A DNA stretch of 64,000 nucleotides, taken from NCBI GenBank assembly GCA_041649475.1, contig JBAZNA010000001.1, positions 328,612 through 392,611 on the forward strand, given 5' to 3'. Every line of letters starts with the position of its first letter. The first letter of the stretch is position 1. Source of the stretch: Patescibacteria group bacterium (lineage in GTDB: Bacteria > Patescibacteriota > Patescibacteriia > Magasanikbacterales > GWA2-37-8). Positions 20,118 to 30,297 of this stretch are shown here, piece after piece. The position numbers and the translations under genes were made by a program. The notes under the pieces were generated by a model, which worked only from the letters and a program-made list of their open reading frames with translations, searched no databases and was not told the DNA's origin.

Positions 20118-20536
20118 TTTCTGTTTACATAAATCGGGAGATAAAAGCGTCGCCATCTGATCAGGAAATAAAAAAAATATTAAGTTTAATTGGAAAAAAG
20201 TTAAAATTCGCCGGCCAGATTGAGATAAATATTATTGGCGAAAGCGTGATTAAAAAATTAAATAAAAAATACCGCAAAAAAGATAAAGTGACGGATGTGC
20301 TGTCGTTTGCCTGGCAAGAAGATAAAATAATAAACAGTGATTTTATCGGCCAGATTTATATCTGCTATCCGCAAATACAAAGACAGGCGAAGGAATTTAA
20401 GGTGTCAGCCGGCGAAGAATTTATCAGAATTTTGACGCACGGGGTTTTGCACCTGTTGGGTTATGACCATGTGGAAGAAAATGGTGCCAAAAAAATGTTC
20501 AAAATCCAGGAAGACATAGTTAAAAAGTTTTTATGA
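20114..20536 (+). CDS. ybeY: rRNA maturation endoribonuclease YbeY
   Basis: 'HGVLHLLGYDH' zinc-binding motif. 140 aa. Overlaps the upstream stop. Confidence 0.85.
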   Translation: MISVYINREIKASPSDQEIKKILSLIGKKLKFAGQIEINIIGESVIKKLNKKYRKKDKVTDVLSFAWQEDKIINSDFIGQIYICYPQIQRQAKEFKVSAGEEFIRILTHGVLHLLGYDHVEENGAKKMFKIQEDIVKKFL

Positions 20537-20901
20537 TTTCACTTAAGCGTTTTTTTAAAAGTTTTATTCATGCCCTGCGCGGACTGGCCTTTGTTTTTAA
20601 TTCCGAACAAAATTTTCGCCTGCAGGTGTTGGTAGGGATACTGGTAATGATAGCCGCGTTTTATTTCCCGTTGCGCAACTTGGAAAGGATAGCGCTGATG
20701 ATGCTGGTCTTACTGGTTTTGTTGGTAGAAATTTTAAATACCGCCTTTGAGTATTTCAGCGATTTATTAAAACCGCGCTTACATCATTATGTGCATATTG
20801 TAAAAGATTTGATGGCCGGAGCTGTTTTTTTGACATCACTGGTGGCGGCGATTGTGGGGGCCATTATCCTCCTGCCTCACTTCATAAATTTGTTCAAATG
20901 A
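20533..20901 (+). CDS. dgkA: diacylglycerol kinase (prokaryotic DgkA family)
   Basis: 122 aa with 3 TM segments and the 'EILNTAFE' signature. 4 nt overlap with ybeY. Confidence 0.8.
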   Translation: MISLKRFFKSFIHALRGLAFVFNSEQNFRLQVLVGILVMIAAFYFPLRNLERIALMMLVLLVLLVEILNTAFEYFSDLLKPRLHHYVHIVKDLMAGAVFLTSLVAAIVGAIILLPHFINLFK

Positions 20902-20917
20902 TGTATAATGTTTTTAT

Positions 20918-22186
20918 ATGAAACGCGGACATAATCATTTAATTAGCGGCCTTGATATCGGTTCGGACATGGTGAGAATGGCTGTGGGACAATTGGCTGA
21001 AAAAGAAAACGGAGCACCGGAACTGCAAATTTTAGGGGCCGCTGAATATGCCTCTGAAGGCGTGCACAAGGGTGTTATCAGCAGTATTGAAGATGTTGTA
21101 TCTTCAATTTCCGGCTGTCTGGAAAGAGCAGAAAGAGTTGTGGGCGTGCCGGTTGACACGGCCTGGGTTGGAATTTCCGGATTGCATATTTTGCCGCAAA
21201 GCAGTAAAGGCGTGGTGGCTGTCTCAAAATCAAACAGTGAAATAGCCGGAGAAGACGTGGCCCGCGCGCTTGAGGCGGCCAGATCCATTGCCACACCGCT
21301 CAATTATGAGGTTTTGCACGTTTTGCCCTGTGCCTATACGGTTGACGGTCAGACCGGCATCAAAGACCCGATTGGCATGACCGGCGTTCGTCTTGAGGTT
21401 GATGCCCATATTATTTTAGGTGCATCTTCGCAGATCAAAAATCTAACCAAAGCCGTATATCGCGCCGGCATTGATATTGAGGATATGGTGCTTTCCATTT
21501 TGGCCACAGCCGAAGCCGTTGTCACCAAAAGACAGAAAGAATTGGGGGTGGCAGTCATAAATCTGGGCGGTTCAACCACCAGTTTGGCGGTTTTTGAAGA
21601 AGGCGAGCTGCTTCACACTGCGGTTTTGCCGGTTGGGTCAGAACATATTACCAATGATGTGGCTATTGGCCTGCGCACTTCGGTTGATATGGCCGAGAGG
21701 GTAAAACTTGAGTTTGGCGATTGTGTGCCTAATTTAACTGTCAAAAATGATGAAATTGATTTGTTTGACGTGGGGTCGTCTGATCATGAATTAATTAAAA
21801 AGAAATATTTAAGTGAAATAATTTCGGCCCGGGTTGAAGAAATTTTACAAAAAGTTGATGAGGAATTGCGGCGCATCGGGCGCAGCGGCCTGCTCCCGGC
21901 CGGAGTGGTGTTTACCGGCGGCGGCGCCAAACTTCCCGGTCTCACTGAAATGGCAAAAAAGGTTCTGCGTTTACCGGCCACTTTGGGCTATCCGATAAAC
22001 ATGACCAGCGTTACTGACAAAATCAATGATTTGGGTTTTGCCACTGCCATTGGTTTGGTTAAATGGGGTACTAATATGATGGGAGCCGGCGCGAGCAGGC
22101 CTGATGGTGCGCTCATGCGCAACTTAAAAGGCCTTGGTAATGCCGGCGGCAACTTCAAAAAATGGATAAAAGCACTTATCCCATGA
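20918..22186 (+). CDS. ftsA: cell division protein FtsA
   Basis: Actin-like ATPase start 'ISGLDIGSDMVRMAVGQ'. Immediately upstream of ftsZ. Confidence 0.85.
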   Translation: MKRGHNHLISGLDIGSDMVRMAVGQLAEKENGAPELQILGAAEYASEGVHKGVISSIEDVVSSISGCLERAERVVGVPVDTAWVGISGLHILPQSSKGVVAVSKSNSEIAGEDVARALEAARSIATPLNYEVLHVLPCAYTVDGQTGIKDPIGMTGVRLEVDAHIILGASSQIKNLTKAVYRAGIDIEDMVLSILATAEAVVTKRQKELGVAVINLGGSTTSLAVFEEGELLHTAVLPVGSEHITNDVAIGLRTSVDMAERVKLEFGDCVPNLTVKNDEIDLFDVGSSDHELIKKKYLSEIISARVEEILQKVDEELRRIGRSGLLPAGVVFTGGGAKLPGLTEMAKKVLRLPATLGYPINMTSVTDKINDLGFATAIGLVKWGTNMMGAGASRPDGALMRNLKGLGNAGGNFKKWIKALIP

Positions 22187-22312
22187 GGGTGTTTTTGTTT
22201 GCTTGACAGCGCCAAAGTTAACCTATAAACTATATAGCGGAGAAAAGCTCCGTTATTTATTTAGAAGAGGGTGAACACAAATTGTGTTCAAGAATTTTTT
22301 TAAACTATTTAT

Positions 22313-23536
22313 ATGCCTCAAGTAAAACCGGACATTGAAACATTTGCCAAAATAAAAGTTGTTGGTGTCGGCGGCTCCGGCGGATCAGCCGTCAATAGAA
22401 TGGTTGCCAGCAGAATTAGAGGGGTAGATTTTATAGTCATGAACACAGATGTTCAGGCCTTGCATCATAACAGCGCTCCGCAAAAATTACATATCGGTAA
22501 AAGTGTCACCAGAGGATTGGGAGCGGGAATGGATCCGGATATAGGCAGAAAAGCGGCCGAAGAGTCGCAAAATGAAATCAGAGAAACACTAAAAGACGCG
22601 GACATGGTTTTTATCACTTGCGGCTTGGGCGGAGGCACAGGCACCGGCGGCGCGCCGGTAGTGGCCGCGGTTGCCAAAGATGTTGGCGCGTTAACAGTGG
22701 CGGTTGTAACCAAACCGTTTGGTTTTGAAGGGCCAAAACGATCTGACATTGCCGACAGGGGTTGGGAACAGCTGGCCAAAAATGTTGATGCGATTATCAC
22801 CATACCCAATGACAGGATTCTTCAGGTCATTGATAAGAAAACCACATTGCTTGATGCTTTTAGAATTGCCGATGAAATCTTAAAACAAGGCGTGCAAGGT
22901 ATTGCTGAACTCATTACCATTCCTGGGCTCATTAATGTTGATTTTGCCGATGTCAAAACAATCATGAAGGATACTGGTTCGGCTTTGATGGGCATAGGCA
23001 CAGGGAGCGGCGATAACAAAGCGACGGAAGCGGCCAAGTCGGCTATTTCCAGTCCGCTTTTGGAATTGTCCATTGACGGCGCCAGAGGTATACTGTTTAC
23101 CATTACCGGCGGTCCGGATATGACTATGACCGAGGTTAGCGAGGCAGCCAAAATTATCACCAGCTCGGCTTCGCCGGACGCCAAGGTTATTTTTGGCGCC
23201 ACTATAGATGATAGTTTAACCGGCAATATGCGTATCTGCGTGGTGGCGACCGGCTTTGATGACCGTCGGCCAAATATGCCGGCAGTTGAAGACGAATCGC
23301 AATCTTTTTTTGGCGCCGGCAAATTCACCCCCAGCAATTTTATGCGCAAGATGCAGAAGGATGAAGAAGAGGAAGAAAAGAAATTTAAACAAATTATCCA
23401 AAAGAACGCGCCGGTCGCGCCGGTTAATAATAAAAGAGCGCCCGAACCATTTTCTGCTTCTTCGGCTTCAGCGCCGAAAAGCGAAGATGAAGAATTGGAA
23501 ATTCCGGCCTTTATAAGAAAGAAAATGGGAATATAA
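22313..23536 (+). CDS. ftsZ: cell division GTPase FtsZ
   Basis: 'GVGGSGGSAVNRM', tubulin signature 'GGGTGTGGAP', an acidic 'DEEEEEKK' linker, and a C-terminal 'EIPAFIRKK' FtsA-binding peptide. Confidence 0.95.
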   Translation: MPQVKPDIETFAKIKVVGVGGSGGSAVNRMVASRIRGVDFIVMNTDVQALHHNSAPQKLHIGKSVTRGLGAGMDPDIGRKAAEESQNEIRETLKDADMVFITCGLGGGTGTGGAPVVAAVAKDVGALTVAVVTKPFGFEGPKRSDIADRGWEQLAKNVDAIITIPNDRILQVIDKKTTLLDAFRIADEILKQGVQGIAELITIPGLINVDFADVKTIMKDTGSALMGIGTGSGDNKATEAAKSAISSPLLELSIDGARGILFTITGGPDMTMTEVSEAAKIITSSASPDAKVIFGATIDDSLTGNMRICVVATGFDDRRPNMPAVEDESQSFFGAGKFTPSNFMRKMQKDEEEEEKKFKQIIQKNAPVAPVNNKRAPEPFSASSASAPKSEDEELEIPAFIRKKMGI

Positions 23537-23559
23537 AAACTCGGCTTAGCATTGCTTGT

Positions 23560-24012
23560 ATGCGTTGTCCGGTTTGTAATAATAATAGTTTAAGCGTGAT
23601 AGACACGCGGTCATCGGAAGACCATTTATCCATCAGACGCCGCCGCGAATGCGACAAGTGTCATTTTCGTTTTTCCACCATTGAAGAAATGGAATTATTG
23701 GATATTATTGTGATAAAAAGCGACGGTCACCGGGAAAGCTATATGAGGGACAAACTGGAAAGCGGTATTAAAATGTCTTTGACCAAAAGGCCGTATACCC
23801 GTGATAGTTTCCACAGGTTAGTGAATTCCGTAGAGCGTGATATCCAAAAGATAAAAGGCAAAGAAATTTCCAGCTCTGAAATAGGGGAGATCGTGATGAA
23901 ACATTTGCGCGGTTTTGATAAAGTGGCCTATATTCGGTTCGCGAGCGTGTATCGTGATTTTAAGGATGTGCGCACATTTGCCAAGGAGCTTAAAAATTTA
24001 TCTAAAAAATAA
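23560..24012 (+). CDS. nrdR: transcriptional repressor NrdR
   Basis: 'MRCPVCNNNSLSVIDTRSSED' and 'RRRRECDKCHFRFSTIE' zinc ribbon, plus an ATP-cone. Confidence 0.9.
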   Translation: MRCPVCNNNSLSVIDTRSSEDHLSIRRRRECDKCHFRFSTIEEMELLDIIVIKSDGHRESYMRDKLESGIKMSLTKRPYTRDSFHRLVNSVERDIQKIKGKEISSSEIGEIVMKHLRGFDKVAYIRFASVYRDFKDVRTFAKELKNLSKK

Positions 24013-24014
24013 AT

Positions 24015-24443
24015 ATGTTTAAACATGACAAAATTCCGGAACAAAGTTCCGAGGCGGAGAAAAAAACAGACGGAAAAGACGAAGCGAAAATTGAAGTAGC
24101 ACAACCCAAAAAAGAAGAAAGTTTGGAGGATTTAGTTCGGAAGAATTTGAAGTGGTCGCAGATTATTTATGAACAGAACCGGAAGATAAATAACAAATTG
24201 CTGTGGTCGGCCGTTGTCAGCTGGCTGTATTTTATTTTAATAGTCGCTCCGCTTATTTTGGGCATTATATTTTTGCCGCCGTTAATTAAGAATGTCTGGT
24301 CGCAGTATGGCGATTTGTTGGGAGGTATAACCGGCACGACCCAAAATTCCGGCTCCAGTCAAAGCACCATAGACAGCTTTATTAAAATGTTGAATCTGGA
24401 TCCGGCCAAACAGGCGCAGGTAAAGGCCCTGATTAATAAATAG
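24015..24443 (+). CDS. hypothetical membrane protein
   Basis: Charged N-terminus and one long hydrophobic segment. Tight 3 nt spacing after nrdR. No recognisable motif. Confidence 0.45.
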   Translation: MFKHDKIPEQSSEAEKKTDGKDEAKIEVAQPKKEESLEDLVRKNLKWSQIIYEQNRKINNKLLWSAVVSWLYFILIVAPLILGIIFLPPLIKNVWSQYGDLLGGITGTTQNSGSSQSTIDSFIKMLNLDPAKQAQVKALINK

Positions 24444-24462
24444 TTTGCGGAAATTATAATAT

Positions 24463-25899
24463 ATGTTTAAAAAAACCAAAATTTGCTGCACCATCGGTCC
24501 GGCTTGCGCGGATGTGAAAACCTTAGCCGACATGGTCAAAGCGGGCATGAATATCGCCCGTTTGAATTTTTCTCACGGTGATTATAAAAGCCATGAGAAA
24601 TTAATAAAAAATATCAGGAAGGTGGAAGAAAAAACCGGCGAGCCGGTTGCAATTATGCAGGATTTGCAGGGACCGAAAATCAGAATTGGCGCTATGCCGG
24701 AAAAGGGCGTGATGATTAAAGAAGGCGAACAAATAATATTGGACACTTCCATACAGGAATTTAAGAAGAATTTCCCCATTGATTATCCCGATTTGCATAA
24801 ATATATTAAAAAAGGGGATAGGGTTTTGATTGATGACGGACATATTGAGTTAAAAGTTTTGGAAGTTAGCGGAACAAAAATAAAGGGCCAGGTGGTTGAA
24901 GGCGGTTTAATCACCTCGCATAAAGGCATTAATTTGCCTGACAGTAAATTAACCATTCCGGCTCTGGGCGATAAAGATAAGCAAGATTTAAAATTCGGAG
25001 TGGAAATGGGGGTTGATTTAATTGCTTTGTCTTTTGTGCAGACCGCCAAAGATATTTTGGATTTGCGCTTTTTGATAAAACAACACGAAGATAAATTAAA
25101 ATTAAAAAATCAACCGCCGATAAAAATAATTGCCAAAATTGAAAGGCACGAGGCGGTTGATCATCTGGAAGAGATTTTAGACGTCGCCGACGGGGTGATG
25201 GTGGCGCGCGGAGATTTGGGTTTGGAGATGCCGGCCGAAGAAGTGCCGCTGGTGCAGAAAAAAATTATTGATGAAGCCAGAAAATTGGCCAAGCCGGTGA
25301 TTGTGGCCACACAGATGCTTGATTCCATGCGCGAAAACCGCCGGCCAACGCGCGCCGAGGTTAGCGACGTGGCCAATGCGGTGATTGATCATGCTGACAC
25401 TCTGATGCTTTCTAATGAAACCGCTACCGGCAGATATCCGGTCTTGGTGGTCCGGACAATGGCCGAAATTATTATCGCTACAGAACAATCCGTTTATGAT
25501 GATATGGCTTTGCCGGCTATTCATAAAAGCGGGACGACTGTAGACACGGCCGTAAGCGAACTTTCGCGCATTTTGGCCGAAGAAGTAAAGGCAAAATTAA
25601 TTTTAGCGGCTTCTTTGTCGGGTGAAACAGGGCGGCTTATAAGTCATGTCCGTCCCGGTTTGCCAATTCTGGTGGCTACCGGCACAGATCGGGTGCGCAG
25701 ACAACTGAATCTTTCCTGGGGCGTCAAACCGTTTATTTTGATTCCCTGCTCCAGCATTGAAGAATTAATTGAACGTTCAATTTCCTATATTAAGAAAAAT
25801 AAGCTGGCCAAAAATGGTGAGCGGATAATTGTGGTGGCCGGGGAGCCGGTGGGACAGGCCGGAAATGTGAATTTGGTTGAGGTGAGGGAGATTAAATAA
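24463..25899 (+). CDS. pyk: pyruvate kinase
   Basis: 'KICCTIGPA', '[12 protein letters not shown]'. 478 aa. Confidence 0.9.
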   Translation: MFKKTKICCTIGPACADVKTLADMVKAGMNIARLNFSHGDYKSHEKLIKNIRKVEEKTGEPVAIMQDLQGPKIRIGAMPEKGVMIKEGEQIILDTSIQEFKKNFPIDYPDLHKYIKKGDRVLIDDGHIELKVLEVSGTKIKGQVVEGGLITSHKGINLPDSKLTIPALGDKDKQDLKFGVEMGVDLIALSFVQTAKDILDLRFLIKQHEDKLKLKNQPPIKIIAKIERHEAVDHLEEILDVADGVMVARGDLGLEMPAEEVPLVQKKIIDEARKLAKPVIVATQMLDSMRENRRPTRAEVSDVANAVIDHADTLMLSNETATGRYPVLVVRTMAEIIIATEQSVYDDMALPAIHKSGTTVDTAVSELSRILAEEVKAKLILAASLSGETGRLISHVRPGLPILVATGTDRVRRQLNLSWGVKPFILIPCSSIEELIERSISYIKKNKLAKNGERIIVVAGEPVGQAGNVNLVEVREIK

Positions 25900-27139
25900 G
25901 TGTCGGATACAACGGAAACTTTTTCGTTAGTTCAATCACTTGCTGTTTAATCGCAGCAAGTTTTGTTTCATCCTGCCAGTTCATAATCGCGTCATCAATC
26001 CAGCCGGCCACCATTTTCATCTCTTCTTCTTTCATTCCGCGGGTAGTCAGGGCCGGAGTACCCAAACGGATACCGGAAGGGTCCATTGGTGAGCGGGGAT
26101 CATCCGGGATCATGTTTTTGTTTACCGTTATGCCGGCCTTGTCCAAGGCAATTTGTGCCTGCTTGCCCGACAAACCCTTTGGTGTGACATCCATTAAAAT
26201 TAAATGGTTATCAGTTCCGCCAAAGCACAGTTTGTATCCGCGCGCATTGAATTCCGCTTCTAAAACTTTGGTATTCTTTTTAATTTGTTTTGCGTATTCT
26301 TTAAACTCCGGCTGGAGAGCTTCTTTAAACGCCACGGCCTTGGCTGCGATGTTATTTTCATGCGGACCGCCCTGAAAACCGGGAAATACTGCCTTATCAA
26401 TTTCCTTGGCAAATTTTTCTTTGCACATAATCATGCCGCCGCGCGGGCCGCGCAAAGTTTTATGCGTGGTGGTTGTCACCACATCAAAAATCGGCACCGG
26501 GTTATCCATTTCACCGGCCGCGATCAGCCCGGCGATATGGGCGATGTCAGCCATGGTCATGGCGCCAACTTCATCGGCGATATCTTTTATTTTTTGATAT
26601 TCAATTTCGCGCGAATAGGCCGAGTAGCCGACTAAAATTAATTTGGGTTTATGCTCCAAAGCCATCTGGCGCAGATTGTCCAAATCAATTTTTCCCGAGG
26701 CATCTGTCTTATAGCGTACAAAGTTAAAAACCTGGGCCATGTAGGTGACCGGGTGGCCATGGGTCAAATGCCCGCCATGGGAGAGATCCATACCCAGGAC
26801 TGTGTCCCCGGGCTTCAGTAACGCGAAATAAACGGCTATATTAGCGGGCGCGCCGGATAAGGGCTGTACATTGACGTGCTCGGCCCCAAAGAGCTGTTTG
26901 GCGCGATCTATGGCCAATTGTTCAACTTCATCAATAAATTCACAGCCGCCATAATAACGCTTCCCTACATACCCTTCGGAATACTTATTGGTCAAAATTG
27001 AGCCCAGCGCTTCCAAGACCGCGGGGGAGACAAAGTTTTCTGAAGGGATCATCTCCAGTCCTTCTTCCTGTCTTTTCTGCTCTCGTTTTATACTGGCTAA
27101 AATATCTGGATCAAAGTCCTTTAAATTATGCGTGTACAT
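25892..27139 (-). CDS. glyA: serine hydroxymethyltransferase
   Basis: '[27 protein letters not shown]', PLP-binding region '[14 protein letters not shown]'. Confidence 0.9.
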   Translation of the reverse strand: MYTHNLKDFDPDILASIKREQKRQEEGLEMIPSENFVSPAVLEALGSILTNKYSEGYVGKRYYGGCEFIDEVEQLAIDRAKQLFGAEHVNVQPLSGAPANIAVYFALLKPGDTVLGMDLSHGGHLTHGHPVTYMAQVFNFVRYKTDASGKIDLDNLRQMALEHKPKLILVGYSAYSREIEYQKIKDIADEVGAMTMADIAHIAGLIAAGEMDNPVPIFDVVTTTTHKTLRGPRGGMIMCKEKFAKEIDKAVFPGFQGGPHENNIAAKAVAFKEALQPEFKEYAKQIKKNTKVLEAEFNARGYKLCFGGTDNHLILMDVTPKGLSGKQAQIALDKAGITVNKNMIPDDPRSPMDPSGIRLGTPALTTRGMKEEEMKMVAGWIDDAIMNWQDETKLAAIKQQVIELTKKFPLYPTLI

Positions 27140-27150
27140 ATTATATGGAT

Positions 27151-27999
27151 TTAAGATAAAATTTGTTTTAATAAATTATTTACTTCCGCAAATGTGCCGT
27201 CGTTTAAAATAATTAGATCATAGATTTCTTTATAGGCAGGCAAGTGCTCGTCTACCTTAGTATTTAAGAATCCAATTTTTATTAAATTTTTATAATCAAA
27301 GCCCTCCACCATGCCGACGTCGTTTTGACTGTCGCCGATTAAGATAACATTTTTTCTGTTTTTAATCGTTTGAAAAACCGGAAAATTTTGGATAGCGGTT
27401 TCATCTTTGTTCATGCCGTGAATAATCGGCTCTTGCACGCCAACGGCCTTGCCCTGTTCGTCCCAAATAAATTCATTGCCGATTATATGGATGTTGTTGT
27501 ATAAATGTTTTTCTTGTTCTAAGTATGTTTTTATTGCATCGCCACCCAAACCACTTGAAGACATGATAACAATCGGCACCTGTGCTTCGTGGAGTGTTTG
27601 TACAAATTCTAAAACTCCGGCTCTGAATTTTAATTTACCCGATTTGACCACCTGTTCAACATGGTCTTTAGTTAGGCCATAATCGAATAAAAGTTTGAAA
27701 ACTTTCCGCCACCACTGCGCCATGGCCGCCTTCTTTTCTGCCTTGGGAATTTTTGGGTCAATTTCAATTGGGTAATAATGACTATATAACTCTTGTGCCT
27801 TGGCGGAATAATCCGGAGCTAAATATCCCTCATCAAATAAAATAGCTATCATGGCGGGGAGTAATTTACCATTCACAAAGGCATGCGTCAGTGTCCGATC
27901 AAAATCCGTCAGAATATGTAAATTTTCCGGCCCATCGGTTTTAATTTTGGTTATAGTTTTTTCCAGTTTTTCTTTATCCGGGATTTCAATTTCCATCAT
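27151..27999 (-). CDS. HAD-superfamily hydrolase resembling pyrimidine 5'-nucleotidase (UMPH-1/P5N-1 family)
   Basis: HAD motif I '[10 protein letters not shown]', motif III '[17 protein letters not shown]', ~280 aa. Family assignment is from memory of P5N-1 motifs. Confidence 0.5.
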   Translation of the reverse strand: MMEIEIPDKEKLEKTITKIKTDGPENLHILTDFDRTLTHAFVNGKLLPAMIAILFDEGYLAPDYSAKAQELYSHYYPIEIDPKIPKAEKKAAMAQWWRKVFKLLFDYGLTKDHVEQVVKSGKLKFRAGVLEFVQTLHEAQVPIVIMSSSGLGGDAIKTYLEQEKHLYNNIHIIGNEFIWDEQGKAVGVQEPIIHGMNKDETAIQNFPVFQTIKNRKNVILIGDSQNDVGMVEGFDYKNLIKIGFLNTKVDEHLPAYKEIYDLIILNDGTFAEVNNLLKQILS

Positions 28000-28006
28000 A
28001 TGTTCT

Positions 28007-29566
28007 TTAAATGTTTTTCACCATGTATGTGTTATCCAGTTTATAACCCAGCTTTTTGTAATATCCGCGCACACCAACCCCGGAAATAACAGTCAGTTTT
28101 TTAACCCCACCCTTCTTTGCTAATTGTTCGGCTATCTTAACTAACTTTACACCCAAACCCTTGTGTTGGCTAGCGCCTTTTTCGGTCTTGCCGATCTCAA
28201 CTAAATGACCGTAGGTGTGCAGTTCGCGGATAAAAGCCGGATAAATTACGTTTTTGCAAATGCGCAACCGGCAAAACGCAAAAACCACGCTTCGCTTGGC
28301 GTCTTCAAAACTGATAAAATATTCTGTGCCGCCGCTGGATTTATATTTATCAATAAATAATTTCGGCGCGGCTATAGTTTTTAATTGGTGGCCGACTTCC
28401 CGGCAGCGCAAACATTTACACTTTAAACCTTCTTTAGTCATCTCGGCTTGAATAACCTGGCGCAGGTTGGTTAATTTATTGCCGGCCTGGATGTGGTGGC
28501 TGGGAATATCTCTGATTAGACGGGAAATACGCGCATACCTTGGCACTTGGGTCTTAAATTTTTTTAAAATATTTATCAATTGGCGATCAGAATATGGTTT
28601 ATACTTTCCGGCTTTCAGCCACTTATATAATTGTGTATTTTTTATCACCGTGCAGGGATAAATTTTAATCATGTCCGGACGAAAAGCAGAATCGGCAAAA
28701 ATTTCCAGCATCATTTTTAAATCCTTAGCCGGAGTGGAGCCGGGTAGTTGAGGCATCAAGTGATAGTCAACCTTAAATCCGGAATTTTTTAATAACCTCG
28801 TGGCGTTAATGACACTTTTGACATCATGTCCTCTTTGGATTTTTTTTAGCGTTTTTTCATCAGTGGTTTGCACACCCATTTCAACGCGCGTGCATCCCAA
28901 CTCGCGCATTATTTTTATATTTTTCTCATTTATATAGTCCGGCCGGGTTTCTAGGGTCAGACCGATTATGCGATGTCTCGCAGATTCGTTTTTGATTTGT
29001 GCTTTTTGCAAATCGTTAGTTTTTGATTCGTTGCACGCTTCAAAGCATCTCAAGATAAACCAATACTGATAACTAGTCGGATAAGCGTTCCACGTACCGC
29101 CTTTAACAATCAGTTCAATCTTGTCAGTCGGATGGCCATTATCTTCCAAGGCCTTGATGCGCAGGCGAACCTGTTCGTAAGGATCAAATTTTAAACCGAG
29201 AGCTCTATTTGCAGCGGGTTCGTCTGATAAGTAACTCTTAGGCATACCATTTTCAGTCGGACAGTAAATACATTTTCCCGGGCAGGAGAATGGCTTAGTT
29301 AAAACCGTGATTATGGTCACTCCGGACAAGGTTCGCACCGCCCTTTTGGTCAAAAGCTGTTCCAAATTAAGGTCTTTTTTAATCTTGTGTTTAAGCACTA
29401 ATTTATGGTATGCTTTAAGCAGTTCCGAAGTTGTTGGTATGTTTTTTACAGTTGTTTGGGAGCGCAAAATCAGGCGCTTTAAGGTGTTAAGCGCTTCCAG
29501 ATCCTTCGGCTTTTTCCGAATGGATTCAACCACCATTTTTTCGTTTAGATTCAGCTTTTTTTCCAT
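28007..29566 (-). CDS. elp3: Elp3-type radical SAM / GNAT acetyltransferase (tRNA wobble-uridine modification homolog)
   Basis: Radical SAM 'CPGKCIYCP', C-terminal GNAT 'QHKGLGVKLVKIAEQLAKKGGVKKLTVISGVGVRGYYKKLGY' (Elp3 'RNYYRKLGY' box). 519 aa. Confidence 0.8.
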   Translation of the reverse strand: MEKKLNLNEKMVVESIRKKPKDLEALNTLKRLILRSQTTVKNIPTTSELLKAYHKLVLKHKIKKDLNLEQLLTKRAVRTLSGVTIITVLTKPFSCPGKCIYCPTENGMPKSYLSDEPAANRALGLKFDPYEQVRLRIKALEDNGHPTDKIELIVKGGTWNAYPTSYQYWFILRCFEACNESKTNDLQKAQIKNESARHRIIGLTLETRPDYINEKNIKIMRELGCTRVEMGVQTTDEKTLKKIQRGHDVKSVINATRLLKNSGFKVDYHLMPQLPGSTPAKDLKMMLEIFADSAFRPDMIKIYPCTVIKNTQLYKWLKAGKYKPYSDRQLINILKKFKTQVPRYARISRLIRDIPSHHIQAGNKLTNLRQVIQAEMTKEGLKCKCLRCREVGHQLKTIAAPKLFIDKYKSSGGTEYFISFEDAKRSVVFAFCRLRICKNVIYPAFIRELHTYGHLVEIGKTEKGASQHKGLGVKLVKIAEQLAKKGGVKKLTVISGVGVRGYYKKLGYKLDNTYMVKNI

Positions 29567-29586
29567 GTTTTCGGTCAGATCTAATT

Positions 29587-30294
29587 ATGCGGGATATTAT
29601 ACAGAAAACTCGTGAAGATTACAATAAAATAGCCAAATATTTTTCCGATACCAGGTATGATTCCTGGTTTGAGCTTGAACAATTCAAAAAGCTCGTGAAA
29701 GACGGTCAAAATATTTTGGATTGGGGATGCGGCAATGGCCGGCTTATTTTTTTATTACAAAGCAAAAACATCAAATATTTTGGTATAGATCAGAGCGAAA
29801 ATCTGATCAAAATCGCGAAAACAAAATTCAGCCGGGAAGTTAAAAAGGGCAGAGCGAAATTTTTTTGTACGGCAAAAAAACGGAAGAGTTTTCCGCCCGG
29901 TTTTTTTGATCTGGTGTTTATGGTCGCTTCTTTTCACCATTTGCCCGACAAAACTAGCCGTTTACAGCTCTTGACGCAGGCCTATAAAGAAATGAGAAAA
30001 GGTGGTAAGATAATCATAACAGTTTGGAATCTTGGCAGTGACTGGGCCAAACAAAAGTTTAAAAAGGACTGGCAAAAAATCGGGGAAAATGATTTTCTGA
30101 TTCCCTGGAAAAATTCGCAGGGTGAACTGCAGTGCCAAAGATACTATCATCATTTTTCCAAAGAAGAATTAAGGGGGCTTTTAAAAGAAGCGGGTTTTAA
30201 AGTAAAAAAATTGGATTATTATAATAAAGATAACTGGACTGATGAAAAAATAGGCAGGGACTTAATTGCCATTGCGGAAAAAACTAAAATTTAG
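29587..30294 (+). CDS. class I SAM-dependent methyltransferase
   Basis: Motif I 'ILDWGCGNGR', acidic motif II. Confidence 0.7.
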   Translation: MRDIIQKTREDYNKIAKYFSDTRYDSWFELEQFKKLVKDGQNILDWGCGNGRLIFLLQSKNIKYFGIDQSENLIKIAKTKFSREVKKGRAKFFCTAKKRKSFPPGFFDLVFMVASFHHLPDKTSRLQLLTQAYKEMRKGGKIIITVWNLGSDWAKQKFKKDWQKIGENDFLIPWKNSQGELQCQRYYHHFSKEELRGLLKEAGFKVKKLDYYNKDNWTDEKIGRDLIAIAEKTKI

Positions 30295-30297
30295 ATT

